This document shows positions 1-13,017 of a DNA stretch of 64,000 nt, piece after piece. The notes under the pieces are model-generated. The model made no database searches and was not told the origin of the DNA. It saw only the letters and a program-made list of their open reading frames with translations. This DNA is from Octopus vulgaris (Eukaryota). The stretch's first letter is position 1, and the number at the start of each line of letters is the position of its first letter. Both the position numbers and the translations under genes were made by a program. Location: assembly GCA_951406725.2 (NCBI GenBank), contig OX597816.1, positions 71,982,001 through 72,046,000 on the forward strand, written 5' to 3'.

Positions 1-1315
1 CCAGTGAGGTTGACGTCATACTGTCTCACATCTTTGAGCAGGGCCTTAGGCTCAATTCAGACGGCTATGTGTAGCTGTTGGAGACTGGTCAAACCTGGCT
101 GCAGGATCCTTGCCATACCTCCAGAAAGAGTCAGAAGTCGTTTTTGGAGAATTCTCACGACTTCACCAGCTCCATTTTCTAGCCTCTTAATTTACCTGGG
201 TTACTAATTATGGGGCGCGGTTGAGAAAGACGCCAACCGCTCTGCATGCAACAACCACTCCGAAACCGATACTAGCCGCTCTATCCACAATACCAAGGCC
301 GAACTGGTGGCCAAGGTCAAGGAGATGTTCGAATATCTTCTCAGGGACACAGTAAGGGACACATGCGCCAGATTTTGAAGCCGTCTTGAGGCTGTGGTGG
401 AAACTGAGGGTGGTTACTTTGGTCAAACTGTTATCTCCTAGTCATAACCAAGTTGGGCAATCTTTCGTTTGTAGTAGCACGTTTCCGTCGATGATTTCCG
501 TAAAAAACTTTTATTTTTTTACATATGGGTTTGCGGGAACATTTGAAGTAATGAGAGCGAAAGAGACTAAGAGAAAGCGATTTTATGACGAGGGAATTTT
601 TTTTTTGAAGTAATGAAAGCATTGATGTACATGTGTGTGTGTGTTTGATGGGGTGTAGGAGACAGACAGTATGTTGTGTAAGTGAAGTGCTTCTGTTAGT
701 ATGTGTGAAAGAAAGAGATAACTGAAATTTTTTACTCGGTGTATGTGTATATGTATGTATGTATGTATGTGTGTATGTATGTATGTGTATGTATCTATGT
801 ATGTGTGTATGTATGTATGTATGGCCGATTCAGTGTACACTGAATCGGCCATACATACATACACATACATGCATACATACATATACACATACACCGAGTA
901 AAAAATTTCAGTTATCTCTCTCTTTCACACATTACTCTCTCTGTCTCTTCACACACACTAACAGAAGCACTTCACTTACACAACATACTGTCTGTCTCCC
1001 ACACCCCATCAAACACACACACACACACACACACATGTACATCAATGCTTCGGTAATTTCAAAAAAATTCCCTCGTCATAAAATCGCTTTCTCTTAGTCT
1101 ATTTCGCTCTTACTTCAAATGTTCCCGCAAACCCATATGTAAAAAAATAAAAGTTTTTTACGGAAATCATCGACGGAAACGTGCTACTACAAACGAAAGA
1201 TCGGCCCCAAGTTGATACCTTTGATTTTTTTTTTTTTTTCAAATACTTCAATTTTTGGATGGGATATGTTTTCCTTTCATTCTATGCAACCAATCAAATT
1301 TAGCCGAATACCCTG
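1..1315 (+). mobile_element. Decayed Tc1/mariner (maT/DD37D-like) transposon 3' part, interrupted by a fold-back element
   Basis: Broken frames give WLQDPCHTSRKSQ..ENSHDF and WGAVEKDANR...NTKAELVAKVKEMF...CARF*SRLEAVVETEGGYF; TIR-like end ..aataccctg at 1315. Confidence 0.7.
456..1206. mobile_element. Palindromic (fold-back) non-autonomous DNA transposon with 8-bp TSD CCAAGTTG, GG-termini (Merlin-like?)
   Basis: Arms ~460-836 and ~837-1201 are reverse complements around the perfect centre atggccgattcagtgtacactgaatcggccat; TSD at 448-455 and 1207-1214. Confidence 0.8.
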
Positions 1316-2374
1316 TGTAATACTACTGGGCACTGCTTAACTATAGAGGTCCCGATGCATCTACGTAACGATATGTTTTTACAGTACACACTCATTAGGG
1401 TTAGTGTCATTACACGTCCACACAGTCGGGACGGGACCTCTGTATTTAAGTTGTACCTATTACTGTTTGGTGCGTCAAGAATCGCTCGATTTTATTTCAT
1501 AATTTTGTCTTCTACAGTACCAATTTTGTCTCGGTTTTCAACATTAGATTTCTCTCGTTCAGATCTTTTAAACAAAACTCTAATTTCTGTCTAAACATAT
1601 GACTAGTCAAAGTGTTACTCCCGTTCCAATTTGATTACATTTTACCTCATGTGTCTTTTTTACTTGCTGCATCAAATATGACAAGATTTAGAAAATTAAA
1701 TTCCTTTTATTGAGATATTGCAATACATATAAGTCTAACTAAAATAACCCTTTCTATTATAGGCATAAAGCCTGAAATTTTGGGAAGTGGTTAGTCAATT
1801 AATTGACCCCAGTGCTCAACAGGTACTTTATTTCATTGACCCCCGAAAGGATGAAAGGTGAAGTCGACCTCGTCGGCATTTGAACTTAGAACCTAAAAAC
1901 AGTGAAATCCCACAAAGCATTGTGTTCAGCATGCTAAATAAATTCTGCTAGCTCGCCGTCTTAAGCCTAATTAAAATAAATACACAGACTATATTACTTA
2001 GTTGCCGCAATGCGTAACTCTTCTGTTTTTTTTTAAACACATATTTTGGCGCTATCATAACTTTTGTTTTTTACTCAACCAATTTTCGAATACAATATCA
2101 CAATATGGCGGATTACTGGTCCTTTTCAATGAACTTTAATCGCAATGAATCTGGTCAAGTATGAGATCAGTTTGAGTGTATAGAAATGGTAAAAAATAAA
2201 TGTTGACGTAAAATACATCATTCTTTATAACTCTGATCCGAATTAGTGTTTATTGATCCTGATTTCATTGAAGCATAGCTAAAACGTTTTGCGATACCCA
2301 CCACCACCATTAAAACAGCAACGAAAAGTAATAACCCTGGGGTCCGAGAGAGATAAGATTATTTTTAATCAAGG

Positions 2375-2614
2375 AAAGGCGACGAGCTGGCACGCCGGGC
2401 GAAATGCGTAGCCATATTCCGTCTGTCGTTACGTTCCGAGTTCAAATTCCGCCGAGGTCGACTTTGCTTTTCATCCTTTCGGGGTCGATAAATTAAGTAC
2501 CAGTTACGCACTGGGCCAATGTAATCGACTTAATCCCCTTGTCTGTCCTTGTTTGTCCCCTCTGTGTTTAGCCCCTTGTGGGTAGTAAAGAAATATATTT
2601 TTAATCAAGGGCCG
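2375..2614 (+). mobile_element. tRNA-derived SINE family A (aaggcggcgagctggc...gcctttcatcctttcggggtcgataaattaagtacc...gccccttgtgggtagtaaagaaat)
   Basis: Flanked by a ~15-bp TSD tatttttaatcaagg. Other copies near 11382+, 21949-, 25077-, 35203+, 35465+, 38792-, 43868+, 56385+, 58677-. Confidence 0.88.
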
Positions 2615-3892
2615 ACATTGAAGCTGTACTGGAAGTGTTGTTGATGGTTCATACAAAACAAATGAAGGGCTTGCGTTTCAACGAAATAAAGACGACGACA
2701 AGGTCAGAGCTGAAAAGAAGTTCATCAATACAGAATGAGCTAGGTTTTATGTCGCTGTGTCAGGAATTCTCTGATCTCAGAATTTGTGCATCGCCTTTGT
2801 GACAAGTCTAGACACAGTTCGATAAGTTCGGTTAAGGTAACCTAAGCGTTGATCATGATGGAACAGCTGCAATTGTGAAGTCTGTCACTCGATGCATGTG
2901 TGATCTTCATACAAGAAATAAGCATTAAGTAAAGCCAAGTGTTTTCAAGTTTATCATATTATCAAATAAAGAAATTTTCTTAATGCAAATTCTCTGATTA
3001 AGAAGATACGTTGAAGAGAAATACCTTGCATGTGAAAAGAAATACAAATTGTACAACAAAAGGAATCACTTGTCATCTGCTTTTAGCTTTAAAAAGAAAC
3101 CCGTGGAATGTGTTGAATAAATTGGATAAAAACTCAGAGTATGTTCAAGTTCTTAGTCTCAGACAACGTTCTAGAATTTCGTGACGATGTTTTGGGCTAC
3201 TTTTTCTTTTAACATATCATTTAAGGGATTTCGAATAGATAATACAAACGACTTAAATTAGACGAAAAAAACTGGGAAAGACTTCCGCCCACCCCCGTTT
3301 TCTCCCAAATTTGTTTATTTTTAATTTTTAAAAAATTTTTGCTAAAAACCCCTTTTCTGATACGGAGGTTCCGAGAAATTGCCAAAAATCGGCATTGTTC
3401 ATTTTTTCCCCCCATCTTTCCTCACCAAATTCTTCAATTTTGACTTTTTTTTCCCCCCAACGCTAACCGTAACCCTAAAACCCTAACTACAGAAATGTTT
3501 TGAAATTTTTATCCGAATCATAATGTCTGTATTTTTCTGCATATTTAGAAAATATGCTCAATAACTGGATATTTTCTGTTTTCAATTACATTTTCATGGG
3601 AGACGATGCCCTTTTCATGGATATTGAGGCGTCCAGATTTTCTCTCTGTCCTCAGGCTCTTTTAATCTTTCTCTGTGTAAGGATCTCTCTGAATTTACAG
3701 AAATACAAAACATTTACCATACGGGAAAACTCTAACATATATCGTTGCTAAATCTTATTTAAATACTAGAATCCGTGACAAAAAAAATAAAATCAATTAC
3801 TGATCCACTTCAAGGCTTAGGTTTGACCAACACAAGATCACTAATATATCTGGGGAAGGACTGTTGCTACACACCTAAATGTCATCTTAGAC

Positions 3893-4138
3893 CAGTGATT
3901 CTCAATCAGTTTTAGGCTATGGATTCCTTCAATTCCTGTTTTATTCTACTAGACCCCCATGTTAAAAACAAATCCAATTGTATTTTTATGATTAAATATT
4001 ATTAGGAATTGTATTAAAAAAAATAAAAATATTTTCTGTATTGTTGAAATATAACCAGTTTATTGCACATAAATTTTAACAACAAAATTTTATATGGACC
4101 TCGCCAAGGAACATATGGACCCCCACTGAGAATGATTG
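3893..4138. mobile_element. hAT (Charlie-type) MITE
   Basis: TIRs cagtgattctca / tgagaatgattg; 8-bp TSD TCTTAGAC on both sides (3885-3892, 4139-4146). Confidence 0.85.
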
Positions 4139-7100
4139 TCTTAGACCATATCCGAAAGTCTGTCATTAACACATTGCTACTGATTCTTTGGCATACTGTC
4201 TTACTTTTCCGTTTTATCGCATCTACCTTGACCCTCCCCCCCAACCCCTATTCCTTCCTCTGAACTAGCAAGTGATGTAGCACCATCACCGAAGTTCATC
4301 CGATGTACTCTCATCTCTCCCTTCTTCTCATTATTCCTGCAGATCCGACTCTAAACATTTTGTTCAATCGTTCCACCCCCAGGAGTTGACTCTCCACCCC
4401 CACCCCCCGGAGTTCTCTCCGTTCACCCAGGACCGTATTCACATTATAGGCTCCCTGGGGAATCAATAAACTGGACCCTATGGTATTTATTGATAGCAAG
4501 CTATTTTGCAAGCATAGATTAGAATTGGGACCCTAGATCCGTGAGGATCCCAAGCAACTGCCTCGTGCGTATCAGGACAATTACACTCACCCTCCTCATA
4601 AGACAATTCCCCCCGATGACAACTCCCTTCTAGGCTAATTACCCCCTCTCCAATATATTAAGAAGTTTTTAATCATCATCTGTCGTCCTCAGGGGTAATT
4701 GTCCATGGGGGTGGGGTAAATGTCCTAGACTCGCCCAGTGAGCCCATGCTTTAAGACGGCACTGCTCCCTCCACGTTTCTTTAATGGGAATCACCCCTGT
4801 TGTATAAAACCTCTGGCCAGACGTTCCAGCTACGATCACTCCGTTTTCACCGCTTTTGCATCTAGAATTACATTAACTGCTTTTTCCCCCATCTCACCCC
4901 CCAAACTGCAGGGCGTGATTTATGAAAAATTTATTTTAGAAGGTCGAACGACCGAAAAGTTTCTGTAGTTGGCTCATTCCCCATTCCAAGTTATCACGGG
5001 TTTACCCAATTATAGTTGACCTGAGGTCAGTCAGCAAAACAATCAGCTCTTTAACACAGACCTTCGATCATAACCATTGTATTCTCTGCTGCGTCGGTTT
5101 ACACTCGTTAGTAACTGCAATTAAGTGGTCGAAATACATAAATGAGTTGAAAGAAAAAAAAACAAAGTTTATAATGCAATCTCTTAATGCTTAGCTTTAA
5201 AGAGAGTAGCTTTTAGTGTCATAATTTTATATACAACTACTATGTTAGGAGACATGAAACGGACAGCGACCCGCCTCCTTTTATTCGGCTGATGGTCCGA
5301 AAATATTAACTCGGTTATCTAAAAATACATCTACGCATGAAATAGGAATCGATACGTCGTATTTTATTCTGTTAATCTCAACTCGAACAGGAATAAAGGA
5401 ATGACAGTTTTCTGTCTATATTTGTGTCTAAACATGCTCGCACCTTGGCAACACAACAACAATTTCTCTTCTCAAAGGTGTGTTTATTTATTTATTCATC
5501 CACACATTCTACATCTCCACAGTAACCGTCGGATCTTCGTTTACACCGAGGAAAAGATACAGAAAAAATTAACGTTTGTATACATTAGTTACTCCCTTAT
5601 GTGTTGTTGCTATTATTTTTAATACAAAAATATCTATATTTAAATCCTTATGTAATGTCTTTATTTTTATTTAAGACGATAAGGTACGATATAGTTGTTA
5701 TTTCTAGCAGACAGGGTGACCACTAGAGGCTCTCTTTTGGGCTACCCGTCAACCTTCAAGGAAAATAAACGTTAGCTTATTAATCCTATGTATTCCTGAA
5801 AAGACGGACTGGTCACAAGAATGCTTTTGCTCATCGATCTGTTTGGCCTGGGTTAATACTGAACTATACATTATATTTATGTCTTTTTCTGAGGATACGT
5901 ATTTTTATTTCCATCCCGATGTGACCCTTACTTTTAAAAGTTATCCGCTATGTCTTCGTAATGTCTTTCGAATATTTGTCCTTGTGGCAAATAAACCTTT
6001 CTTATCGTTATTCGTATTATTATTTCTATAATTTTCCCCGTGTTGTTTTTCTTCGTTTTACTGTTAAATATTGTCATTAACTAACAAATTGGGTTTTTTT
6101 TAGCCCCAGATCAGCCCTAGGATTAATAACATTCAAGCCGTGATTACCACGACTTATATTTTATTTTCAAACACTGTAATATACCTTTTCATTTTAAGAC
6201 AACAGGGTTTCGATTTGAGAGTTGGCTTCTATTTCTAGCACCTCGAGAGACCATATAGGGACTCCCACATTGGGTCTTGTGATATATATATATTTTTTTT
6301 TTGAGACCAGATGACGTTTTGTAAGATGGACGTGACGTAGTACTTAGTATGAGGTTTAGCAGGGACACGAAATGAGTAACAATAGAAGAACGCAGTTAGA
6401 AAGGAGTATCGAGTCTGAATGAAGGCGCAGTACGATCAGCTGTGAGGAGCATAGGCCAGAATAGTAGTGTTTGAGTGGGGAGAGAGGGGACAGTTTTACT
6501 ATGGGCAGGAGATCGGTGAGTTAGTGAATGACACCGTCCCAATCAGATAGGAGTCCTTTTCTTGCGGCAGGTAGAGCTATGTCCCAGGATGTCCATATGT
6601 ATAGTTATAGCAGTAGCAATGACCAGATCAATCCTGATTGAACAGAATGATGGTCAAAAAATATTCCAGCTATGGCCAACCTGCCTTTATCTGAAGCAGT
6701 GCATCCAGCATATTATGCAAAGTGTGTTTTATTTTATTTTAAGACAAATAAATGTGATTTTAGGTACATTTGGCTGCTATTTCTAGCATGTTGAACGACC
6801 ACGTAGAGCCACTCCAACTATTTCATAGTTGGCAGAATCGTTAGAGCATTGTTCAGGATTTTTAGATTTGGGGCTCAAACCTCACCCACGTCAACTCTGC
6901 CTTGGCTTTTACCTATTCCTAAATTTCTTGCCTTGTACACAAGTTAGAAATGGTTGAGTATCAGACAAAATACCTTTTGCTTGTTTCAGGCATTAGACTG
7001 TGGCCATTCTGGAGCACCACTTTTAAGAATTTTTATTTGAATGAATTGACCTCAGTACTTTTTATTTTTGTTTTTTTTGTTTTAAAGCTTGATGCTTATT

Positions 7101-7740
7101 CTATTAGTCTCTTTTGCCGAACCACTAAGTTATGAGTACATAAACACACCAACAACAGTTGTTAAACAATGGTGGGACATAGACACACACACACGCACAC
7201 ACACATGATATATGTGTATAAATAGCATGGCTGCAGTCAAATGACTGAAACAAGTAAAAGAATACTATGGGATTCTTTCAGTTTCCGTCTACCAAATCTA
7301 TGGCCCAAGGCTATAGTGAAAGACATTTGCCTAAGGTGCCACCCAGTGGGACAGAACTCAGAACTATGTGGTTGGGAAGCGAGCTTCTTACCACACAGCC
7401 ATGCCCGTTCTTGCCTTGTGGTATTTAATCTCAGCTTATGTTCCAAGTTCAAATGTCTCCATGCATAGCTTAGCCTTTCCTTCATCCTGGGATCGATAAA
7501 ATGAAGTACAAGTTGAGAACTTGGGCAACTTTAATCAAATTCTTCTCAGCCAGTTTCTATCCTTTAAAGGTCAACTTTATCTTTCATCCTCTCAGGGTTT
7601 ATAAAACAAGTACCAGTTGAGCATTGGGTGATTGTCATTGCCTTGCTCCTCATGACTACTTTACGTATCATCTCTTCATCATTTTAACTTTTCCATGCTT
7701 CTATGGATGAGTTAGAACTCAATGACAGAAAAAAAAATTT

Positions 7741-7924
7741 AGGAGTGGCTGTGTGGTAAGTAGCTTGCTTACCAACCACATGGTTCTGGGTTCAGTCCCA
7801 CTGTGTGGCACCTTGGGCAAGTGTCTTCAACTATAGCCTCAGGCCAACCAAAGCTTTGTGAGTGGATTTGGTAGATGGAAAGTGAAAGAAGTCCGTCGTA
7901 TGTATGTATGTAGATATATATATG

Positions 7925-7961
<37 letters not shown>

Positions 7962-8140
7962 TTGTATGTCAGTGTTTGTTCCTCCACCATCGTTTGACAA
8001 CCGATGTTGGTGTCTTCACGTCCCCGTAACTTAGCAGTTCAGCAAAACAGACCGACAGAATAAGTACTGGGGTCAATTTGTTCGACTAAAGGTGCTGCTC
8101 CAGTATGGCCACAGTCAAATGACTGAAACGAATAAAAGAA
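7741..8140 (+). mobile_element. tRNA-derived SINE family B (CORE-like accttgggcaagtgtctt, internal TA/CA microsatellite, tail cagtcaaatgactgaaac)
   Basis: A/B-box-like head gtggctgtgtggtaag...ggttcagtccc. Other copies near 30401+, 41425-, 59620-, 60653+. Confidence 0.85.
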
Positions 8141-10879
8141 AAGAATAATAAAACTGAATACATGAGTGGAAATCAGACTGGTGTGTGTGTTAAATTAATA
8201 AGGCACTAAAAGAGAATGACCCTCCCCAGACAGGTTTTGATGTTGTTAGACCTTCCTCAGCCAAGCATAGTCTTCACTGTTTATTTGCTGAGGTCTCGTC
8301 CAACCCATGCTAGCATGGAAAACGGACGCTAAACGATGATGATGATGTAGTGACAAGAGAAACACTAAATAAATGTACAATATTATACATGAGTGGGTGG
8401 GGAAAAAACTAATTTATTTTAAAATAACAAATCAGTGTATTTAATTACTCGGATTACAATGATGTTAATTATTGAACTGATATTACTTTTTCTCTCTTCT
8501 AATTAGCTTCTTAATGCTAACTTCATTAAATATGCTAATATTTATTTTATTACACAAACACAGTGTAAGATGGCAAGCTGAGAGAATTACTAGCATTCCA
8601 GACAAAATGCAAAGTAGTGTTTCTTCTAGTTCTATGTTCTGAATTCAAAGTACACTGAAGTCAACTTTGCCCTTCATTCTTTCAGGTCGATAAAATAGTA
8701 CCGGTCAAACCCTGGGGTCTATGTAATCAATTAACTCTCTCCCACAAAATTTCAGACCTTGAACCAATAGAAAGGATACAAAGAGTATGACTGAACAGTT
8801 TAGAGGTTTGCTTTGTTATTACAAGGTTCCAGGTTCAACACTTTATCAAAGTTTTTTACTTTAGTCTTTGAATTGACACTACACTTATGAATGGAAACTG
8901 CATAGATAGATAATGTACAGAAGGTTGTTTGATGGGTTGTATCTAATTCAAAGGTCTGATCTCCTCTTGTCATGCTGACATTGCCCCTTAGAATTACATT
9001 AAGGCAAAACATATGCATTAAGGGTACACATGTAGCCTTAATGTTTTGTGAGTGCCTTGGGAAAAGGGAAGGCTAGGGTTGTCAACCTTGACAACAGACG
9101 AAATAGTGGAATCCTTCAGGTTTGGTGCTCTCTTTAACACCCTTCATGCATCTCCAGGGTAGGTGCAGCTCTCCAGCTCTAAAAGGCAACTCACCTTGGA
9201 GAAGGCCTTTCCAATGTGAAACCTACCCCTGGTTGGTTGCCATAGCTGTCTTAGGCCACTGAGCTATTGTGGGCAGGTCTCCATAGTGGGATTGAAATGT
9301 ATGGACTGATTCAGTTTAAAACTAATCGGCACAGACAGCAAGAAAAGCCCTGCAACATCAAAGATTGGTTTACATAGCCACTTGAGGGCATGCCATTCAT
9401 TCTCATGATCTTTGGACATGAAAAAACTGCCGTCATATCGTGTGTGATATACTTAGCCACTCACACAGTAATTCAATGTATAGGTAGATTAATTGAATAA
9501 ACAGCTGAAATTTTGTGGCTGGAAATTCTAAGTAGCATTACTTAACAAGATTAATCAGTCAATGCTTATCTCTAAGCAAGTAAATCTTGGTGACAACAGA
9601 ATATTGTTCTCTGGGTGACGGATACCCAAACAAAACCACTGACTACAAGAAGATGTAGCAGCTGTTATGTAGTCACTCAACCTGCTAGAAACAAGTGCCA
9701 AATCTTAAATTACATTGGATAAAGTAATTCAACCAACATGCCTTAAAAGAAAATAGACCAAAGAAAAAAAAAGATAAAATGATGGTTGTGTGGTTAAGAA
9801 GTTTGATTCCCAATGACATGTATTAGGGTTCAAACTGACTGCATAGCACCTTAGTTAAGCGTTTTTTAATATGGCCCTGGGCCAACCAAAACCTTATGAG
9901 TAGATTTGATTGGACTGAAATTGAAAGAAGCTCATCATGTGTTTGTGAGTATGTGTATGTATGTATGTATATGTGGGTGTGCTTATATTAGTCTCCTTAT
10001 TGCTTGACAACTGGTGTTGGTTTGTTTGTGTCCCTGTAACTTAGCAGTTCAGCATACTTTAGCTCCGTTTCCATATCAACAGTCCCACTACTATTTTTTA
10101 TCAGACTTTGTACTCGAACCTCTTATCTCCTAGCATAAAGCCACCTTCCTCTCTACTGGCATCCCACTCGGGCAAAAGCGACCTTAGTCTTGCTACTTCG
10201 CTTGTCCTGGCACCATTTCAAAAGCACCCAGTACTCACTGCAAAATTGGTTGACATTAAGGAAGGCATCTAGCCATAGAAACCTTGTCAAAGCAAACATA
10301 GGAGCATTCTGGATCCTGTCAAATCATTCTGTTTATACCATCTTGAGAGATGAATGTTAAAAGATAACAATAAGACTGTTAAGATTGAACAAGTGTGAGT
10401 TGAAAGATTAACAAACGCAAGCATCCCGGTGTCATGCAAATGGCACCCTTGCCAGTGGCACATAAAAGCACCCATTACTCTCTTGGAGTGGATTATTTGT
10501 TATATTTACTTTACATGAAGTATTACAATCTTACATTCACTTTCAAGTCTTTCCCTGATTATCTCCCTTGAAAGCACACATGGTTTCCATGTAAGCTATG
10601 GCGGTGTTGCTATTTCCAAAGTTTTCTTTTCATTGCTCTGTTATTAATTTTACTTGCATCTCTATCTTAGTAGAAACTGGTGGACAAAGAAATCAAACTA
10701 CATAAACAAACCGCATCAAAACCGTTTGGAAATTAAAAATATCACCAACCTGTTCAGTAACAATAATAAAATAAATTTATCCTCGACAATTTTTAGTTTT
10801 ACCAATTTTGAATATATCATCCCTGTTTAAAACCTCTTACCTACTTGACAATTGCATATCTAGCTCTGCTTTGAAGAAA

Positions 10880-11070
10880 GCTTTACTTCTTGGACCCACG
10901 TTTTTTGTGCACAAAGATGTTGTTAAACCTCCATTTACAGCACTGTATGCAGTTCCTTTCCATTTTCTTTCACGCACAGATAAATTTTTCACTTTAGACT
11001 TTAATGGTCGTAAAGACACTATATCAGTGGATAGACTAAAAAAGGCTTTCATAGAGAAAACTGTCCCTGT
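10880..11070 (+). mobile_element. Gypsy/Ty3 LTR retrotransposon integrase C-terminal fragment
   Basis: FVHKDVVKPPFTALYAVPFHFLSRTDKFFTLDFNGRKDTISVDRLKKAF resembles a degenerate GPY/F module ending VSxDRLKPA. Confidence 0.72.
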
Positions 11071-12902
11071 TCCCACAGCAGATGACACACTCACACACAC
11101 AGCATTACAAATATGGCCCACACAACCCCCTTCACATTCCATGACTACCATTGGAATCGATCAAGTACCAAACAAGGATTCTGGATTATTTTTCCAGTTT
11201 TTTTTTACTTAATTTTTGAGAGCGGTTGAGTTCAATTTTAGTATTCTCATTTGTGAGTACAGTCAAGTTTATTTCAGATATTCTCATTTTAAAAATCACA
11301 TCCGGCTAATTGTTGAGAGGAGGTTGGTGTTGCCTTGGCGGAGGTTTGCGCTCTCTGAGTGCTCTTGTTATTATTATTATTAAGGTAGCAAGCTGGCAGA
11401 ATCGTTAGTGCCCTGGATGAAATGCTTGGCAGTATTTTGCCTGTCGCTACATTCTGAGTTTAAATTCCACCGGGGTCCACTTTGCCTTTCATCCTTTTGT
11501 GGTTGATAAATTAAGTACCACTTAAACACTGGGGTCAATGTAATCAACTCATCCCCTCCCTCAAAATTGCTTCCCTTGTGGCCAAATTTGAGACCATTAT
11601 TAATATTACTATTATTATTATTATTATAGTGAGGTGACAGAATCATTAACATGCTGGGTGAAATGCTTCGCAGTATTTCTTCTGTCTTCACATTCTGAGT
11701 TCAAATTCCACTGAGGCCAACTGCCTTTCATCCTTTCAGGGCTGATAAAATAAGTACCAGTTGAGTACTGGGGTCGATGTAATTGACTGTCCCCCTCCCC
11801 CAAATTTCAGGCCTTATGCCTATTGTAGAAAGGATTATCATTATTATTATTATTAACTCTTTACTGTTCAGATTATTCTATCAAACATAATGCCTATTGA
11901 TTCCCATTGATTTGAATTAATATTGCATTATTTCATATCTTCAAGATCTTGATGGTGTAATTACTTGATGTAGAATAACATTGTGGGGTAGGTGTGAGAG
12001 CCTGGATCTGGTCAGTTTGAACATAAAACAGATTAGCTATTTTGGCCGGATGTGGCCAGTTTAAATACTAAAGGGTTAAAGAGCAAAGCACGTGGTGCAG
12101 TGGTTAGAGCATTGGGATCACAATCAGCGGTAGTGAGTTTGATTCCCAGACCAGGCTGTCTGGTGTGTTCTTGAGCAAGACATTTTATTTCACGTTGCTG
12201 CAGTTTACTCAGCTGTAGAAATTGGTTGTGATGTCCCTGGTGCCAAGCTGTATCGGCCCCTTTGCCTTTCCATTGGATAACATCGGTGGCATGGAGAGGG
12301 GAGGCTGGTATGCATGGGTGGCTGCTGGTCTTTCTTAAACAACCATGCCCGGCCTTGTCCCTCGGAGGGGAACTTTCTAGGTGCAATTTCATGGTCATTC
12401 ATGACTGAAGGGGTTCTTTACTCTTTTTTTGAGTATTATTAAAGTTGCTAACTGCCAGAATTGTTAGCATGCTGGGCAAAATTCTTACCGGCATTTCTTC
12501 CAGTTTTATGTTCCGAATTCAAATACCGCCGGGGTCAGCTTTGTCTTTGATCCTTTTGGGGGTTGATGAAATAAATAACAGTCAGATAGTGAGGGAAGGG
12601 TTGATGGAATTGACAACCATCACAATTTCAGGCTTTGTGCCTATAGTAGAATGCATAGCTGTTAATTGTGTATTTCAAATATTGCATTTTTTCCTCAAAA
12701 CCTCCAAGCAACAAAGATGTTGTTGGTATTCTTGGATTATTGTCCACAAGAACAAGAAATATTTCTGAAAGAGTCTAATGAGTATTAACACAATGGGAAG
12801 ACAGTTTCAAACAAGAATCACATCAAGAATGCTTCAGCTGTGACTTCCAATAGAACTACATAAAATAATGTGAATCTTCATATTTCTTTCCAGGAATGAA
12901 AA

Positions 12903-13017
12903 ATGCCAAGTGCTGGAGGCGTGTGCCCTCCAATAATTACACCTTTACATAACCGGCCTACAACAAACTCAACAACAACCAAAATTAATATATCTACTTT
13001 GATTCAGTTAAGTTCAG
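12903..13017 (+). CDS. Coding exon 1: MPSAGGVCPPIITPLHNRPTTNSTTTKINISTLIQLSS(E); DZANK1-like N-terminus
   Basis: Acceptor tttctttccag at 12893, in-frame TGA 6 nt upstream of the ATG, donor cag|gtgagt. Resembles the recalled DZANK1 start (AGSVCVPQIIPL...IDNNTLLEMKS). Confidence 0.85.

Noticed and set aside
2030-3300. Possible decayed transposase (CxC...H-like remnant near 2868-2910)
   Set aside because: Too many stops to assign a family by eye.
3463-3488. Telomere-like ctaaccgtaaccctaaaaccctaac
   Set aside because: Only 3-4 degenerate units, probably part of a transposon subterminal region.
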